64,000 bases of DNA, taken from positions 172,680 through 236,679 of the forward strand of contig SCSX01000036.1 in assembly GCA_004297825.1 (NCBI GenBank), in the 5' to 3' direction. Position numbers and translations under genes: made by a program. Every line of letters begins with the position of its first letter. The stretch's first letter is position 1. A model generated the notes under the pieces. That model was given only the letters and a program-made list of their open reading frames with translations. It was not told the origin of the DNA and made no database searches. This DNA is from Spirochaetota bacterium. GTDB taxonomy: Bacteria; Spirochaetota; UBA4802; UBA5368. Shown piece after piece: positions 46,849 through 60,233 of the stretch.

Positions 46849-47322
46849 TTGGTAAGTCCCATGATTCTCAAGAAGAGCAACATTTTATCCAACAAGTTTG
46901 TTTTACTCATTGAAGATAATATCCAAGAGATCGCCGAGCAGTTTATGAACGACCTGCTGAAAAGCCCGGAAACGATCGCGTACCGGCAGTTGGGCCGACA
47001 GGACGTATACGAGGCTGCCTATAGGCGCCTTCATGAGATTTCGCAATGGATTTCCAAGAATTATCCTAAACAGGAAATAGAGCGCTACTATCGGCAGATC
47101 GGCCGTGAGAGATATGAGCAGGGGATACCGTTTTCCGCCGCGTTCAGGTTCCTTGTATTGTTGAAGAGGCATATGTGGCTTTTTGTATTGAACAAACTGT
47201 ATTACGACGCGACCATATATGAACAGGCCCTCGATCTCAACAACAGGGTCGTGCTATACTTCGACCGGGCCGCCTACTACCTCCTGTGCGGTTACGAAGA
47301 TATGCTTAACAAGAAATGGTAA
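46849..47322 (+). CDS. Hypothetical protein (AT-rich, 157 aa)
   Basis: ORF with an atypically low GC for this window, immediately upstream of the rRNA promoters; no motif recognised. Confidence 0.4.
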   Translation: MVSPMILKKSNILSNKFVLLIEDNIQEIAEQFMNDLLKSPETIAYRQLGRQDVYEAAYRRLHEISQWISKNYPKQEIERYYRQIGRERYEQGIPFSAAFRFLVLLKRHMWLFVLNKLYYDATIYEQALDLNNRVVLYFDRAAYYLLCGYEDMLNKKW

Positions 47323-47339
47323 AAAAACTATTAATATGA

Positions 47340-47452
47340 TTGACAGGTACCTACAATAAATTTTATGGTCATGTCCACGCAAGAGCGTACATAAAAGCAG
47401 GTTAAATTTTTTAAAAAATTTACTTGACGTAGGATGTCACAATCCATATATG
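47340..47452 (+). promoter_or_regulatory. Tandem candidate rRNA promoters P1/P2
   Basis: P1 is TTGACA (47340-45), a 17-18 nt spacer, then TATGGT. P2 is TTGACG (47424-29), a 17-nt spacer, then TATATG (47447-52). P2 is preceded by an A/T-rich UP-like tract AAATTTTTTAAAAAATTTA. Confidence 0.5.
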
Positions 47453-47742
47453 TACTTCACGTTGTCGTGAATCAGGTATGTGTTCTTTAAAAAGTTTTGG
47501 GTGTTTGACGGCATACTGCATTAAGTTACAAAGCAGCTTGACTCCGAGTAGCGGGTCTTGTAACTTGTAACTGCATAGCTTACAAGCTCTATACAGCGAA
47601 ATTTCACATATCGATTCCCAGAACGCTGGGGATTTTTTATCTCCTAATACTGGTTCTTTGAAAACTGAGTAGTATTGTTTTGTTGAAAGTCTCACGTCAA
47701 TTTTCGTAACTAAAACTCTCAATATAGTCTTTTCTATCACGG

Positions 47743-49285
<1,543 letters not shown>

Positions 49286-49442
49286 AAAGGAAGATTTAAT
49301 GAACACAATTAACCCAAGTGGGACTTGGAAAGGCAATACTGCTCAGTTTTGAGAGAACCAGAGTTCTCGAAACCGTTATTAAAATCACGGGTGGAGCGAA
49401 ACTATAGGCCGATGCTTGTAGTTTAGAAGAGAGTAAGGGCAT

Positions 49443-49516
49443 GGGCCTGTAGCTCAGTTGGTTAGAGCGTGCGACTGATAATCGCAAGGTCGGTGGTTCG
49501 ACTCCACTCAGGCCCA
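49443..49516 (+). tRNA. tRNA-Ile (GAT)
   Basis: GGGCCTGTAGCTCAGTTGGTTAGAGCGTGCGACTGATAATCGCAAGGTCGGTGGTTCGACTCCACTCAGGCCCA. The anticodon loop CTGATAA gives GAT. It lies in the 16S-23S spacer. Confidence 0.9.
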
Positions 49517-49557
49517 ATTCGACAAGGTTCTTTGCAAGCTTGAATTGGGGGGTGTAG

Positions 49558-49630
49558 CTCAGTTGGGAGAGCGACTGCCTTGCACGCAGTAGGTCATCGG
49601 TTCGAACCCGTTCACCTCCAGATGCAGAAG
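49558..49630 (+). tRNA. tRNA-Ala (TGC)
   Basis: GGGGGTGTAGCTCAGTTGGGAGAGCG...CTTGCACG.... It has the G3:U70 Ala identity pair and anticodon TGC. Confidence 0.9.
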
Positions 49631-49730
49631 TTGAAATAACTCTGCTATGTTCTTTGAAAATTGTAATAGTCCGAGCACAAACACAAGTACGAGCGACCTG
49701 GTTTGCTGAAAACAGCAGACGAAATAATAT

Positions 49731-52748
<3,018 letters not shown>

Positions 52749-52753
52749 TAAAA

Positions 52754-52790
52754 ACCCCGATGGAATTTTTTCCATCGGGGTTTTTTCATG
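52754..52790 (+). terminator. Intrinsic terminator immediately after the 23S
   Basis: AAAACCCCGATGGAATTTTTTCCATCGGGGTTTTTTC: a 10-bp perfect stem followed by a U-tract. Confidence 0.8.
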
Positions 52791-53157
52791 TGCGCACGGT
52801 AGGGCGCACGCTTGGTGGTGAAAGTCCACTACGGAGGCTGATAGCACCAACCGTTAGCTCAAGGCACCAGAAGTAGGCGCTTGAGGCGAGGGTGTCCATC
52901 GCGAGGTGGCCGGCTTTCTGCCTCGGCCGGCATTAGTGCGTCCATGCACGTCAGAATCCGAAGGAAGCCGGCGGCAAAGTCTCGGCCCGACGAACAGGCA
53001 AGCCGTTTTTGTGCGTCCTGCACCGGTCTTGCACGCCGCCTTCATGGCGGCAGAAATCACATGAGGCCGGTCAGACCGGGCGAGTTTGCCTAACAAAACG
53101 AAGCCCTATGCTATCAAGGGTCTGGCAGGTAGATGTTCCCATCCGTGGTGGTTGCAA

Positions 53158-53245
53158 ATTTCGCGGAGAAGATATGGTGCAGGATATGGAGGGAGTGCTC
53201 GCTCTACAAGGGGTATTTCCGGCCCATGAAGCGGGGGCCGTAGAC
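53158..53245. repeat. Repeat family R2, copy 2
   Basis: See 25775-25860; ~85% identity over ~85 nt. Confidence 0.7.
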
Positions 53246-53370
53246 ATTTCTGATTTCTGTGCGATTCCGATTATGGTTTGACTTTTCATCGCCTTTTCTT
53301 AATATTTTAGAAACGGTCAGGGGCCGTTTTATTCAGTCTTTTAAAAAAAGCGCGATTTTGGGGTTTTAGC

Positions 53371-53436
53371 AAATTTTAAGCCTCTAGCCTGGGGGCTTTT
53401 TGTCGGGGAAGGGCAGCTTCATTATGGAGAACATTA
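53371..53436. repeat. Repeat family R3, long copy upstream of and overlapping the ECF sigma start
   Basis: AAATTTTAAGCCTCTAGCCTGGGGGCTTTTTGTCGGGGAAGGGCAGCTTCATTATGGAGAACA. It is nearly identical to 54548-54613. Confidence 0.7.
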
Positions 53437-54224
53437 CCGAAAAACCGGTTCTCTCACAAGAGCACTTTGCCGAAATCTACACAGACAATTTCAACAAGGT
53501 TTTCTCCTTTTCGCTTCGTATTGTCGGTGACACGCATCTTGCTGAAGATATTACCCAAGAAACGTTTATTCAGGTATATCATAACTACCACACATTCAGA
53601 GAAGAAAGTTTGCTTAGCACATGGATTCTGACAATCACCCGGAACATCTGCTATCGCAATATCAGGAAGGCTAAAAGAAGTTCGTTCCGTTCGATCGAAA
53701 ATCTGATCAAAACAAAAAGTTCACCATATCATGAATCCCCGGATGGTATGTTTGAGAAACAATATTATACCGATCAGATCAAGGAAGGATGCCTGCTCGG
53801 ACTTCTGAGATCTCTCTCATTCTTCCAGCGCAGCGCCTTTATTCTTAATGTTCTGAACGATCTTCCCGTAACCGTGGTTTCGACGATTCTTGAAAAATCG
53901 GATAATTCCACGCGGATTCTGATCCATAGGGCGAGACACAATCTAAAGAATTTTTTGTGCGGCAATTGTTCTCTTTATCAGAAGGGGAATGCTTGCCGAT
54001 GCGAAAATCTGATCGAGTTCTCACTTAAACAAGGATGGATAAAAAAGTATAATCCCGCGATTCCGATTAAAAAGGTCGAACAAGAACTCAAGGAGTTCAA
54101 AGACGAAATTCTCCTTTATAAAACACTCCCCGACAACGGCGCTGACGAAACGCTTGCCGCTCGATGCGCGACGATGATAAAAAATCACGCTTCAATAATA
54201 TTTTCCGACAAAAAAGTGAAATAA
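53424..54224 (+). CDS. ECF-type sigma-70 family sigma factor with a Cys-rich C-terminal extension
   Basis: Region 2 ...DITQETFIQVYHNYHTF...LSTWILTITRNICYRNIRK. Region 4 ...LNDLPVTVVSTILEKSDNSTRILIHRARHNL. An extra ~90-aa tail carries C-x2-C-x9-C-x-C (CGNCSLYQKGNACRC). Start chosen at MENITEKP. Confidence 0.8.
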   Translation: MENITEKPVLSQEHFAEIYTDNFNKVFSFSLRIVGDTHLAEDITQETFIQVYHNYHTFREESLLSTWILTITRNICYRNIRKAKRSSFRSIENLIKTKSSPYHESPDGMFEKQYYTDQIKEGCLLGLLRSLSFFQRSAFILNVLNDLPVTVVSTILEKSDNSTRILIHRARHNLKNFLCGNCSLYQKGNACRCENLIEFSLKQGWIKKYNPAIPIKKVEQELKEFKDEILLYKTLPDNGADETLAARCATMIKNHASIIFSDKKVK

Positions 54225-54271
54225 ACTCCGGCTCACAGTATCCAACGATTATCATATCAGAGGAGCGCATA

Positions 54272-54475
54272 ATGAAATATCTAGTGAGAGTCAGAGTGAA
54301 CCTGGTGACCATGACGGAATTCGGCCAAAGGCTTCAGAAAGGCGAACTCGATAGAAGCTGCATACGAGGTGAGACCTTTTGTCTTGAAGACGATCCCGCT
54401 GTGGGATTCAGCGTCTGGGAAGCTGAATCGGACGAAAAGTTCGACTCTGTGTTTAAATCGTGGAAACCATATTAG
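54272..54475 (+). CDS. Small hypothetical protein (68 aa) in the ECF sigma operon
   Basis: RBS AGGAG lies 7 nt upstream. Sequence: MKYLVRVRVNLVTMTEFGQRLQKGELDRSCIRGETFCLEDDPAVGFSVWEAESDEKFDSVFKSWKPY. Confidence 0.45.
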   Translation: MKYLVRVRVNLVTMTEFGQRLQKGELDRSCIRGETFCLEDDPAVGFSVWEAESDEKFDSVFKSWKPY

Positions 54476-54547
54476 CTAGAGGTTGAAGTCAGAAAAGTAA
54501 TTACACCTATCGAGGCAATGCAATCGCTTCTGTCACAAAAATAATAA

Positions 54548-54613
54548 TTTTTAAGCCTCTAGCCTGGGGGCTTTTTGCCGGGAAGGGAAGCTTCATTACG
54601 GAGAACACTTCCG
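54548..54613. repeat. Repeat family R3, long copy upstream of the lipoprotein gene
   Basis: TTTTTAAGCCTCTAGCCTGGGGGCTTTTTGCCGGGAAGGGAAGCTTCATTACGGAGAACA. Confidence 0.7.
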
Positions 54614-54691
54614 AGAGGCTGGTTTATGTTGGAAAGCTATCACCCTTGTGAGGACGCAGTTTACTATATCATATCATCAGAGGAATGCAGC

Positions 54692-55150
54692 ATGAATGTA
54701 TCGGGAGGAATTCGATTATTTTTAAAAGTCTTTTTTCTGCGGGCGGGATTAATGCTTTCGGTCTTGCCGATTTGCTGCTCCACGACCCTGCAGCAGGAAC
54801 CGGCCCGGGCCGAGAACCCTCTTGCGGGTACGTGGCGTTACGAGGAATGTACAATCAAGAACACCAGCGTGCGGGGAACGATAAGCTTTTCCCCAGGCGG
54901 GAACATGCAGATCGACGCTGTTGCCCGCGACGACTGCCCGGTACCGAAAATTTCCGGGAGGTACAATTACCGTGTTCAAGGAAACGTCCTGAAAACCGAT
55001 TACGACAAGGGCTATGGCTTGAGTCCCTTTTTTCTGGTGAAGGGCGACTACCTGTATTTTTCCAGGGTCGAAATCAAGGAACCGTTTGAGGAATGGGACG
55101 GCGGGCGCCTGAACGCCAATTGGATTTTCAAGCTGAAAAGGGAACGATAG
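54692..55150 (+). CDS. Hypothetical lipoprotein
   Basis: Signal peptide MNVSGGIRLFLKVFFLRAGLMLSVLPICCS (lipobox-like LPIC|C). 152 aa. The upstream part of the annotated ORF overlaps the R3 repeat. Confidence 0.55.
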   Translation: MNVSGGIRLFLKVFFLRAGLMLSVLPICCSTTLQQEPARAENPLAGTWRYEECTIKNTSVRGTISFSPGGNMQIDAVARDDCPVPKISGRYNYRVQGNVLKTDYDKGYGLSPFFLVKGDYLYFSRVEIKEPFEEWDGGRLNANWIFKLKRER

Positions 55151-55287
55151 GTATGCGGAAACAAAGATAAGACTAAGGCTGTCCCGTGTCACAGTCCTGG
55201 CTATGACCGAAGGGACCGAATTGTGGAATCGAGTGGCGCACGCCCGTTGTAAGGATGAAGTTGAAAAGGACCGCTCCGCGCCGCAGC

Positions 55288-56307
55288 TCACGAAGGTATA
55301 AAATTTTCAGGCCGCACCTGGTGCAGGCTGACCGCCCCGGGCACGCAGTGGCTCGCGCACAATCCGCACCCGATACAGCTTTCCTTTGCCGCCGCGATTC
55401 CATCGGTCCCGATAGCGATCGCGCCCACGGGACAGATGTCCGCGCACACTCCGCACGAGGTACAATCGGGGGAGCTGACCGCGGCGATGAACCTGCTGGG
55501 TGCAAGCACGCTGCTCGCTTTCGCCGTGTTCGCGAGACGGAGCATTTCGCAGCAGCAGGTGCAGCAGTTGCAGATCGCGTTGCCCATCCCCGCCTTGTTT
55601 TCGACCATGTGGACCAGGCCGGCGTCTTCCGCTTTTCGTAAAATGGCGAGGGCCTCCCGCGCATCGATCTCCCTGCCGGTTCCGCGCTTTATGGTGTACT
55701 CGGCGCCCTTGTTGATCTGGATGCATGCCTCGAGCGGCGAGTCGCAGTTCTTTTGCGACAGGCGGCATACGCAGGGAACGACCGCGATGCGCTCCGACTG
55801 TTCGATCAGGCGGACGGCGTCCTCGAAGGGAAGCACGCCGCTTTGGGGTTCCAGGGTTCTATTTACGGGGATCACGCGCATGAACGCGGGAAGCTTGACG
55901 GCGGCGGCAAGCTCCACGAGCTGGTTGTAGTCGGTATCCATGAATTCGACCCAGAGCTTCGAAAAACCGGGAGGCGCCTCCGCCCAGAGAAGCGACGAGT
56001 CGTGAAACTGGACGACATGCCGCGGCATGCGGTAAATAATGGCGCCGGCCTTAACCGCCTCGAAGGCCGCGCCCCGGTGGAACAGGGATGCGAGTATTTC
56101 TCCCACGCGCGCCGGATCGATCCCCGTCCGGGCCGAAAGATCCTCAGGGGTTCCGGGCATCGCGTTAAGGACGAGGGCCTCTTCCTCGCTCGCGACCAGC
56201 TCCCAGATGCGCGCGAGCAGCGATGAATTTTCCAGCATGAGCTTTTTGCAGAGTTCCCGATATATGCCCGTCGCCGTCATGGCCCGCCTCCAGGATATTT
56301 TCATCAA
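55288..56307 (-). CDS. Cys-rich iron-sulfur protein with two ferredoxin-type 4Fe-4S motifs
   Basis: ...NAICNCCTCCCEML..., ...CTSCGVCADICP... and ...CIGCGLCASHCVP.... The N-terminal ~200 aa has no motif I recognise. Confidence 0.65.
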   Translation of the reverse strand: MMKISWRRAMTATGIYRELCKKLMLENSSLLARIWELVASEEEALVLNAMPGTPEDLSARTGIDPARVGEILASLFHRGAAFEAVKAGAIIYRMPRHVVQFHDSSLLWAEAPPGFSKLWVEFMDTDYNQLVELAAAVKLPAFMRVIPVNRTLEPQSGVLPFEDAVRLIEQSERIAVVPCVCRLSQKNCDSPLEACIQINKGAEYTIKRGTGREIDAREALAILRKAEDAGLVHMVENKAGMGNAICNCCTCCCEMLRLANTAKASSVLAPSRFIAAVSSPDCTSCGVCADICPVGAIAIGTDGIAAAKESCIGCGLCASHCVPGAVSLHQVRPENFIPS

Positions 56308-56379
56308 GTGTGGTACGTGAATGAAGCCAAGTCAAATGCTATATCGCGAATCGGACCCCGGACGGCTTCCACGTGGGGT

Positions 56380-56982
56380 TTAGAGATTTTCTTCTGCAAG
56401 CGTATCAAGGATCTCGCGCATTTTTTGAATCGCCCGGGAGCGATGGCTCAAGGTGTTTTTTACCGCGAGCGGAATTTCCGCCATCGTCCTGCCCAGCTCC
56501 GGGACCAGGAATATCGGATCATACCCGAACCCGCCTTCACCCCGGGGCCCGGCGGTGATGACGCCATCGCAGGCACCCCGTGCGTGATACACCCTGCCGT
56601 CGGGCAGGGCAAGCGCCAGGTCGCATTCGAAATGCGCGGTCCTCTTCGCCTCGGGGACTCCCGCCATTCTTTCGAGGACAAGGATGCAGTTGTCGGTGTC
56701 GCTCGCGCCGGGTCCGCCATAGCGCGCGGAGTACACGCCCGGTTCGCCGCCAAGCGCATCGACGACGAGTCCCGAGTCGTCGGCGAGGGACGGGAGACCC
56801 GTATACGCGCAGACCGCTTTCGCTTTTTTCTCGGCGTTTTCCGCGAAGCTCCGCCCGTCCTCGACCACCTCCGGCATGGTGTCGAAGTTCGCAAGCGACA
56901 GGATCTCAACGGGCAGATCCCTGAGACGTTCCAGTATTTCGGCGATTTTTCCCTTATTTTTTGTTGCAATTACCAGTTTCAT
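56380..56982 (-). CDS. rdgB: Non-canonical purine NTP pyrophosphatase (RdgB/Ham1 family)
   Basis: MKLVIATKNKGKIAEI..., ...GLVVDALGGEPGVYSARY... and ...GFGYDPIF... are canonical. Confidence 0.85.
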   Translation of the reverse strand: MKLVIATKNKGKIAEILERLRDLPVEILSLANFDTMPEVVEDGRSFAENAEKKAKAVCAYTGLPSLADDSGLVVDALGGEPGVYSARYGGPGASDTDNCILVLERMAGVPEAKRTAHFECDLALALPDGRVYHARGACDGVITAGPRGEGGFGYDPIFLVPELGRTMAEIPLAVKNTLSHRSRAIQKMREILDTLAEENL

Positions 56983-57042
56983 AGTGTTCATTATGTCGTT
57001 TGGAATCTTTTAAATCCCGCTTGTCGGCGGTATACTTAGACC

Positions 57043-59097
57043 ATGAAGCTGGGCTACTTTTTCAAGATATCGCTCTTTTTCTTCCCGGACATGGTGCTTC
57101 TTGTCTACCTGTATTTCCTGTTCAGGTCGGAAAATTTACTGCGCGCTCCCCTGTTCATCGCCGTCTTCCTGCCCGTATTCCTGCTCCTTGTCGTCCAGGC
57201 TTCGATCCTGTACCTGCTGAGCGACCGGTTATATTTCCGGAAGCTCAGGGATATCGGGGAGGTGATCAAGGAGTACAAGAAGGGGAGATTTTTCGCGTCC
57301 GCGAAGGCGATGGAAGGCCGCGACGAGCTTTCCCAGCTGTTCAACGAGCTGGCGATCATGGGCAAGCACATGGACGATATCGTCTCGACGCAGAAGAACG
57401 AGATCGACCAGCTGCGCGAGATGTACAACAACGTGGTGTTCTCGATCACCTCGTACTTCCTGGTGCTGGGCGAAAAAAACGATATCGTCTTCGCGAACGA
57501 CAGCTTCTGCAATAAATTCCAGTACGACCGGGACGAGATATACGGGAAGCGGATCGACGAGGTGTTCGTCTTCCTCACCGGGAGGATTCTCGAATCCGTC
57601 GGGCAGGTGAAGGTTGAGGGCGGAACCACCATCCTTGAAAAGACGCACCTTCTTTCGCGCAACCGCATCAGCGTGATCGCCGATATTAAATTTTCCAGGA
57701 TCGACCAGCGCGGCGCGAGCCAGATAATCATGGTCATCGACGACATCACGAGCCGGTGCCGGAAGGACTACCAGATAAGCCTGATAAGCCAGATCTCCGA
57801 GTCGATACAGCGCGACTCCGAAATCGATACGGTTCTTTATACGATTCTCACGGGGGTGACCTCCGGTTCGGGACTGGGATTCAACCGTGCAATGCTCCTG
57901 CTCGTCGACGGATCCTCGAAGGCGCTCGCGGGAAAGATGGCCGTGGGCCCGGATTCGCTGGACGAGGCCATCGAGATATGGAGCAATCTCCCCTCGGGCA
58001 GGCTGAACGTCCTCTCGCAGCTCAAGGAGAGGGGCGAGCAGCCGCGCAAGGGGCTGAATCTCCTGCGCAAGGTGCTCACGGCCCATTTCCCCCTGGACGA
58101 AGGGAACCTGCTCGTCATGGCGATGCGCGGGGTGGAGAATATACATGTCCTCGACGCGGCGCGGGACGAACGTGTGGACCAGGAGCTGCGCGACTTTGCC
58201 GATGTGAATGAGTTCGTCGTGGTGCCGCTCGTCGCGGGGAATAAGACGATCGGCGTGATCATGGCCGACAACAAGTTCAACCAGATGCCCATAGGCAACG
58301 ACAGCATCGAGCTGCTCTCCATTTTCGCCTTCCAGGCCTCCCTCTCCATAGAAAGCTACAACAACCTTTCGCTCATGAAGAAGGAGATGGAAAAGCTCAC
58401 CGACCGCCAGGAGGCGATCGTGGAATCGGAAAAGCTTGCCGCGGTGGGGCGCATCGCGTCGCACATTGCGCACGAGATCCGCAACCCGCTCGTGACCGTG
58501 GGGGGATACGCGCGGCGCGTGGCCCAGCTCTCGCGCGGGGGAATCAAAAAGGAAGAGATGATATACAGCGCGGCCCAGGTAATCCTGAAGGAATCCGAAA
58601 GGCTCGAGAAGGTGCTCTCGAACGTCATGGATTTCACGCGTCCGGCGCCCTACATACGCGAATTCAACAGCGTGAACGACGTCATACACGACACGGTGGA
58701 CCTGCTGCGCAACCTTTTCCAGGAGAGACGCCTCGAAATCCGGCTTAACCTGATGGAAGACGTTCCCCTCGTGAAATCCGATTTCAACCAGATGAAACAG
58801 GTGATGCTCAACCTGTTACAGAACGCGATCGATATCACGCAGGGCGGCGGCGCGATAGAAATCGCGACGTGCGTAAAGGAAAAGCGCGTGCAGATCGCGG
58901 TCCGCGACACCGGGCCCGGTATACGGCCCGACGACCTGGACAAGCTCTTCGAGCCCTTCTTTACGACCAAGGTCACCGGGGTGGGGCTGGGACTGGCGAT
59001 CGTAAAAAAAATCATCACCGACCACGGGGGCGACATCATCGCGTCGAACCGGCCGGAGGGTGGGGCGGAATTCCTGATTTCGCTGGAGCTGCCCTGA
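57043..59097 (+). CDS. Membrane sensor histidine kinase (HAMP-PAS-GAF-HisKA-HATPase)
   Basis: Two N-terminal TM helices, a GAF-like middle domain, H-box ...IASHIAHEIRNPL..., N box ...LLQNAIDIT..., G boxes ...VRDTGPGIRPDD... and GVGLGLAIVKK. The antisense 486-aa ORF is rejected. Confidence 0.85.
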   Translation: MKLGYFFKISLFFFPDMVLLVYLYFLFRSENLLRAPLFIAVFLPVFLLLVVQASILYLLSDRLYFRKLRDIGEVIKEYKKGRFFASAKAMEGRDELSQLFNELAIMGKHMDDIVSTQKNEIDQLREMYNNVVFSITSYFLVLGEKNDIVFANDSFCNKFQYDRDEIYGKRIDEVFVFLTGRILESVGQVKVEGGTTILEKTHLLSRNRISVIADIKFSRIDQRGASQIIMVIDDITSRCRKDYQISLISQISESIQRDSEIDTVLYTILTGVTSGSGLGFNRAMLLLVDGSSKALAGKMAVGPDSLDEAIEIWSNLPSGRLNVLSQLKERGEQPRKGLNLLRKVLTAHFPLDEGNLLVMAMRGVENIHVLDAARDERVDQELRDFADVNEFVVVPLVAGNKTIGVIMADNKFNQMPIGNDSIELLSIFAFQASLSIESYNNLSLMKKEMEKLTDRQEAIVESEKLAAVGRIASHIAHEIRNPLVTVGGYARRVAQLSRGGIKKEEMIYSAAQVILKESERLEKVLSNVMDFTRPAPYIREFNSVNDVIHDTVDLLRNLFQERRLEIRLNLMEDVPLVKSDFNQMKQVMLNLLQNAIDITQGGGAIEIATCVKEKRVQIAVRDTGPGIRPDDLDKLFEPFFTTKVTGVGLGLAIVKKIITDHGGDIIASNRPEGGAEFLISLELP

Positions 59098-59137
59098 GCC
59101 GCCCGGTACCGCTTACGAAAAAGCGACAGGCTGCGGC

Positions 59138-59260
59138 ATGAAAATAGCGGTCTTCGCCGATACGCACGGCAACGGGCGCGACCTCCCGGACGCACTGCGC
59201 GCTCACGGCGATTACGATGCGTTGATACACCTTGGCGACGGAGCGCCTACCTGTCCTTGA
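59138..59260 (+). pseudogene. 5' fragment (40 codons) of a YfcE-type metallophosphoesterase gene
   Basis: MKIAVFADTHGNGRDLPDALRAHGDYDALIHLGDG matches motifs I-II of calcineurin-like phosphoesterases (DxHG...GD). It then terminates (APTCP*) where the convergent CAP-domain gene ends. Confidence 0.5.
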
Positions 59261-60233
59261 TCGAATCCGCGAAATCCATCACGCAGTTGTTGCGGTACGT
59301 CTTGTGCGGCTTGATCGAAACGCCCACGAAGTTCACGTTCTTCTCGAATATGTTTTTCCGGTGGCCGCGGCTGGGCACCCCGTCGTCTATAAGCAACTGG
59401 AGCATGATCTCGAGCGGGTCGGCGGCCCCGTACGAGCAGTTTTCCCACGGGCCGGTGTAGGGGCCGGTGAAGTCGCCGTATTTTTTTACGCGGGCCGCCG
59501 CGTCCGCGCCGGACGAGCTCGTGTGGCCCGTTCCCCCCGTAGATCCCATGTCGGTCGCGTGATCGCGTGCCGCGAGCGAAAGCGCCTTCGAGGGCGCGAG
59601 TGTATGAAGAGGTTTCGCGGCGAGCATTTCGTTGTAGCACTCAAGGGCATAGCCTCCCGATTCCTTGCGCGTGCCGAGATACATGCGCGCGAAGAGCGGG
59701 GGATTGCTGCGCGCCTTGTTGAGGAAAAGCACCACGTCCTTCTCGGGTCCCGAAAGGTAGGTTTCCCCGCGCGCGGTGTCGAGCGCTGCGATGTCCCAGC
59801 CCGTGAGCTTTTCGGCCTGTGAATCGGTGACGGGCTTGCCGCCGGTCACGTTCACGGTGAGCGCGCCCGCGGTGGCAAGGTGCGCGTAGTTCCCGCGGTT
59901 GGGATAGAGGACGAGCCTGCCGGAGACCGGGCTCGTGTAGGTCAGGCCGTCGGTGACCGTGAATTCCGGGCCGCCCTCCACGCGGCCGATAAGCTGGCCC
60001 AGGTAGAACGAGCCCACTTTCTTGAACGAGGTGTGCCCATTGTAATCCACCGGCGCCCACCGGTCCCACATGGTCCAGGTCCCCTTGACGGCAAACGTGA
60101 TCTTTTCGGCTTTCTCCACCCAGACGGGGTACGGTTTCGCGCCCTGGGAGGAATCCACGGTGAGCTTATCGGCGGCAAATGCGACCGTTACCGCGAGGGT
60201 CACAAGTATGGTCAGGGCTACACGCATTTTCAT
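59247..60233 (-). CDS. Secreted CAP/SCP (PR-1-like) domain protein
   Basis: Signal peptide MKMRVALTILVTLAVTVAFA. C-terminal CAP domain ...HATDMGSTGGTGHTSSSG...GHRKNIFEKNVNFVGVS...NCVMDFA. Confidence 0.7.
   Translation of the reverse strand: MKMRVALTILVTLAVTVAFAADKLTVDSSQGAKPYPVWVEKAEKITFAVKGTWTMWDRWAPVDYNGHTSFKKVGSFYLGQLIGRVEGGPEFTVTDGLTYTSPVSGRLVLYPNRGNYAHLATAGALTVNVTGGKPVTDSQAEKLTGWDIAALDTARGETYLSGPEKDVVLFLNKARSNPPLFARMYLGTRKESGGYALECYNEMLAAKPLHTLAPSKALSLAARDHATDMGSTGGTGHTSSSGADAAARVKKYGDFTGPYTGPWENCSYGAADPLEIMLQLLIDDGVPSRGHRKNIFEKNVNFVGVSIKPHKTYRNNCVMDFADSIKDR

Noticed and set aside
52790-53300. Possible 5S rRNA, RNase P RNA or cobalamin riboswitch after the 23S
   Set aside because: GTTCCCATCCG and GGTGAAAGTCC fragments are suggestive, but the 5S loop-C core, the RNase P P4 pairing partner and the B12 box (GCCACTG) are all absent. 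I kept it only as an unassigned candidate ncRNA.
57229-58689. 486-aa ORF antisense to the GAF histidine kinase
   Set aside because: The sense strand has H, N and G boxes.
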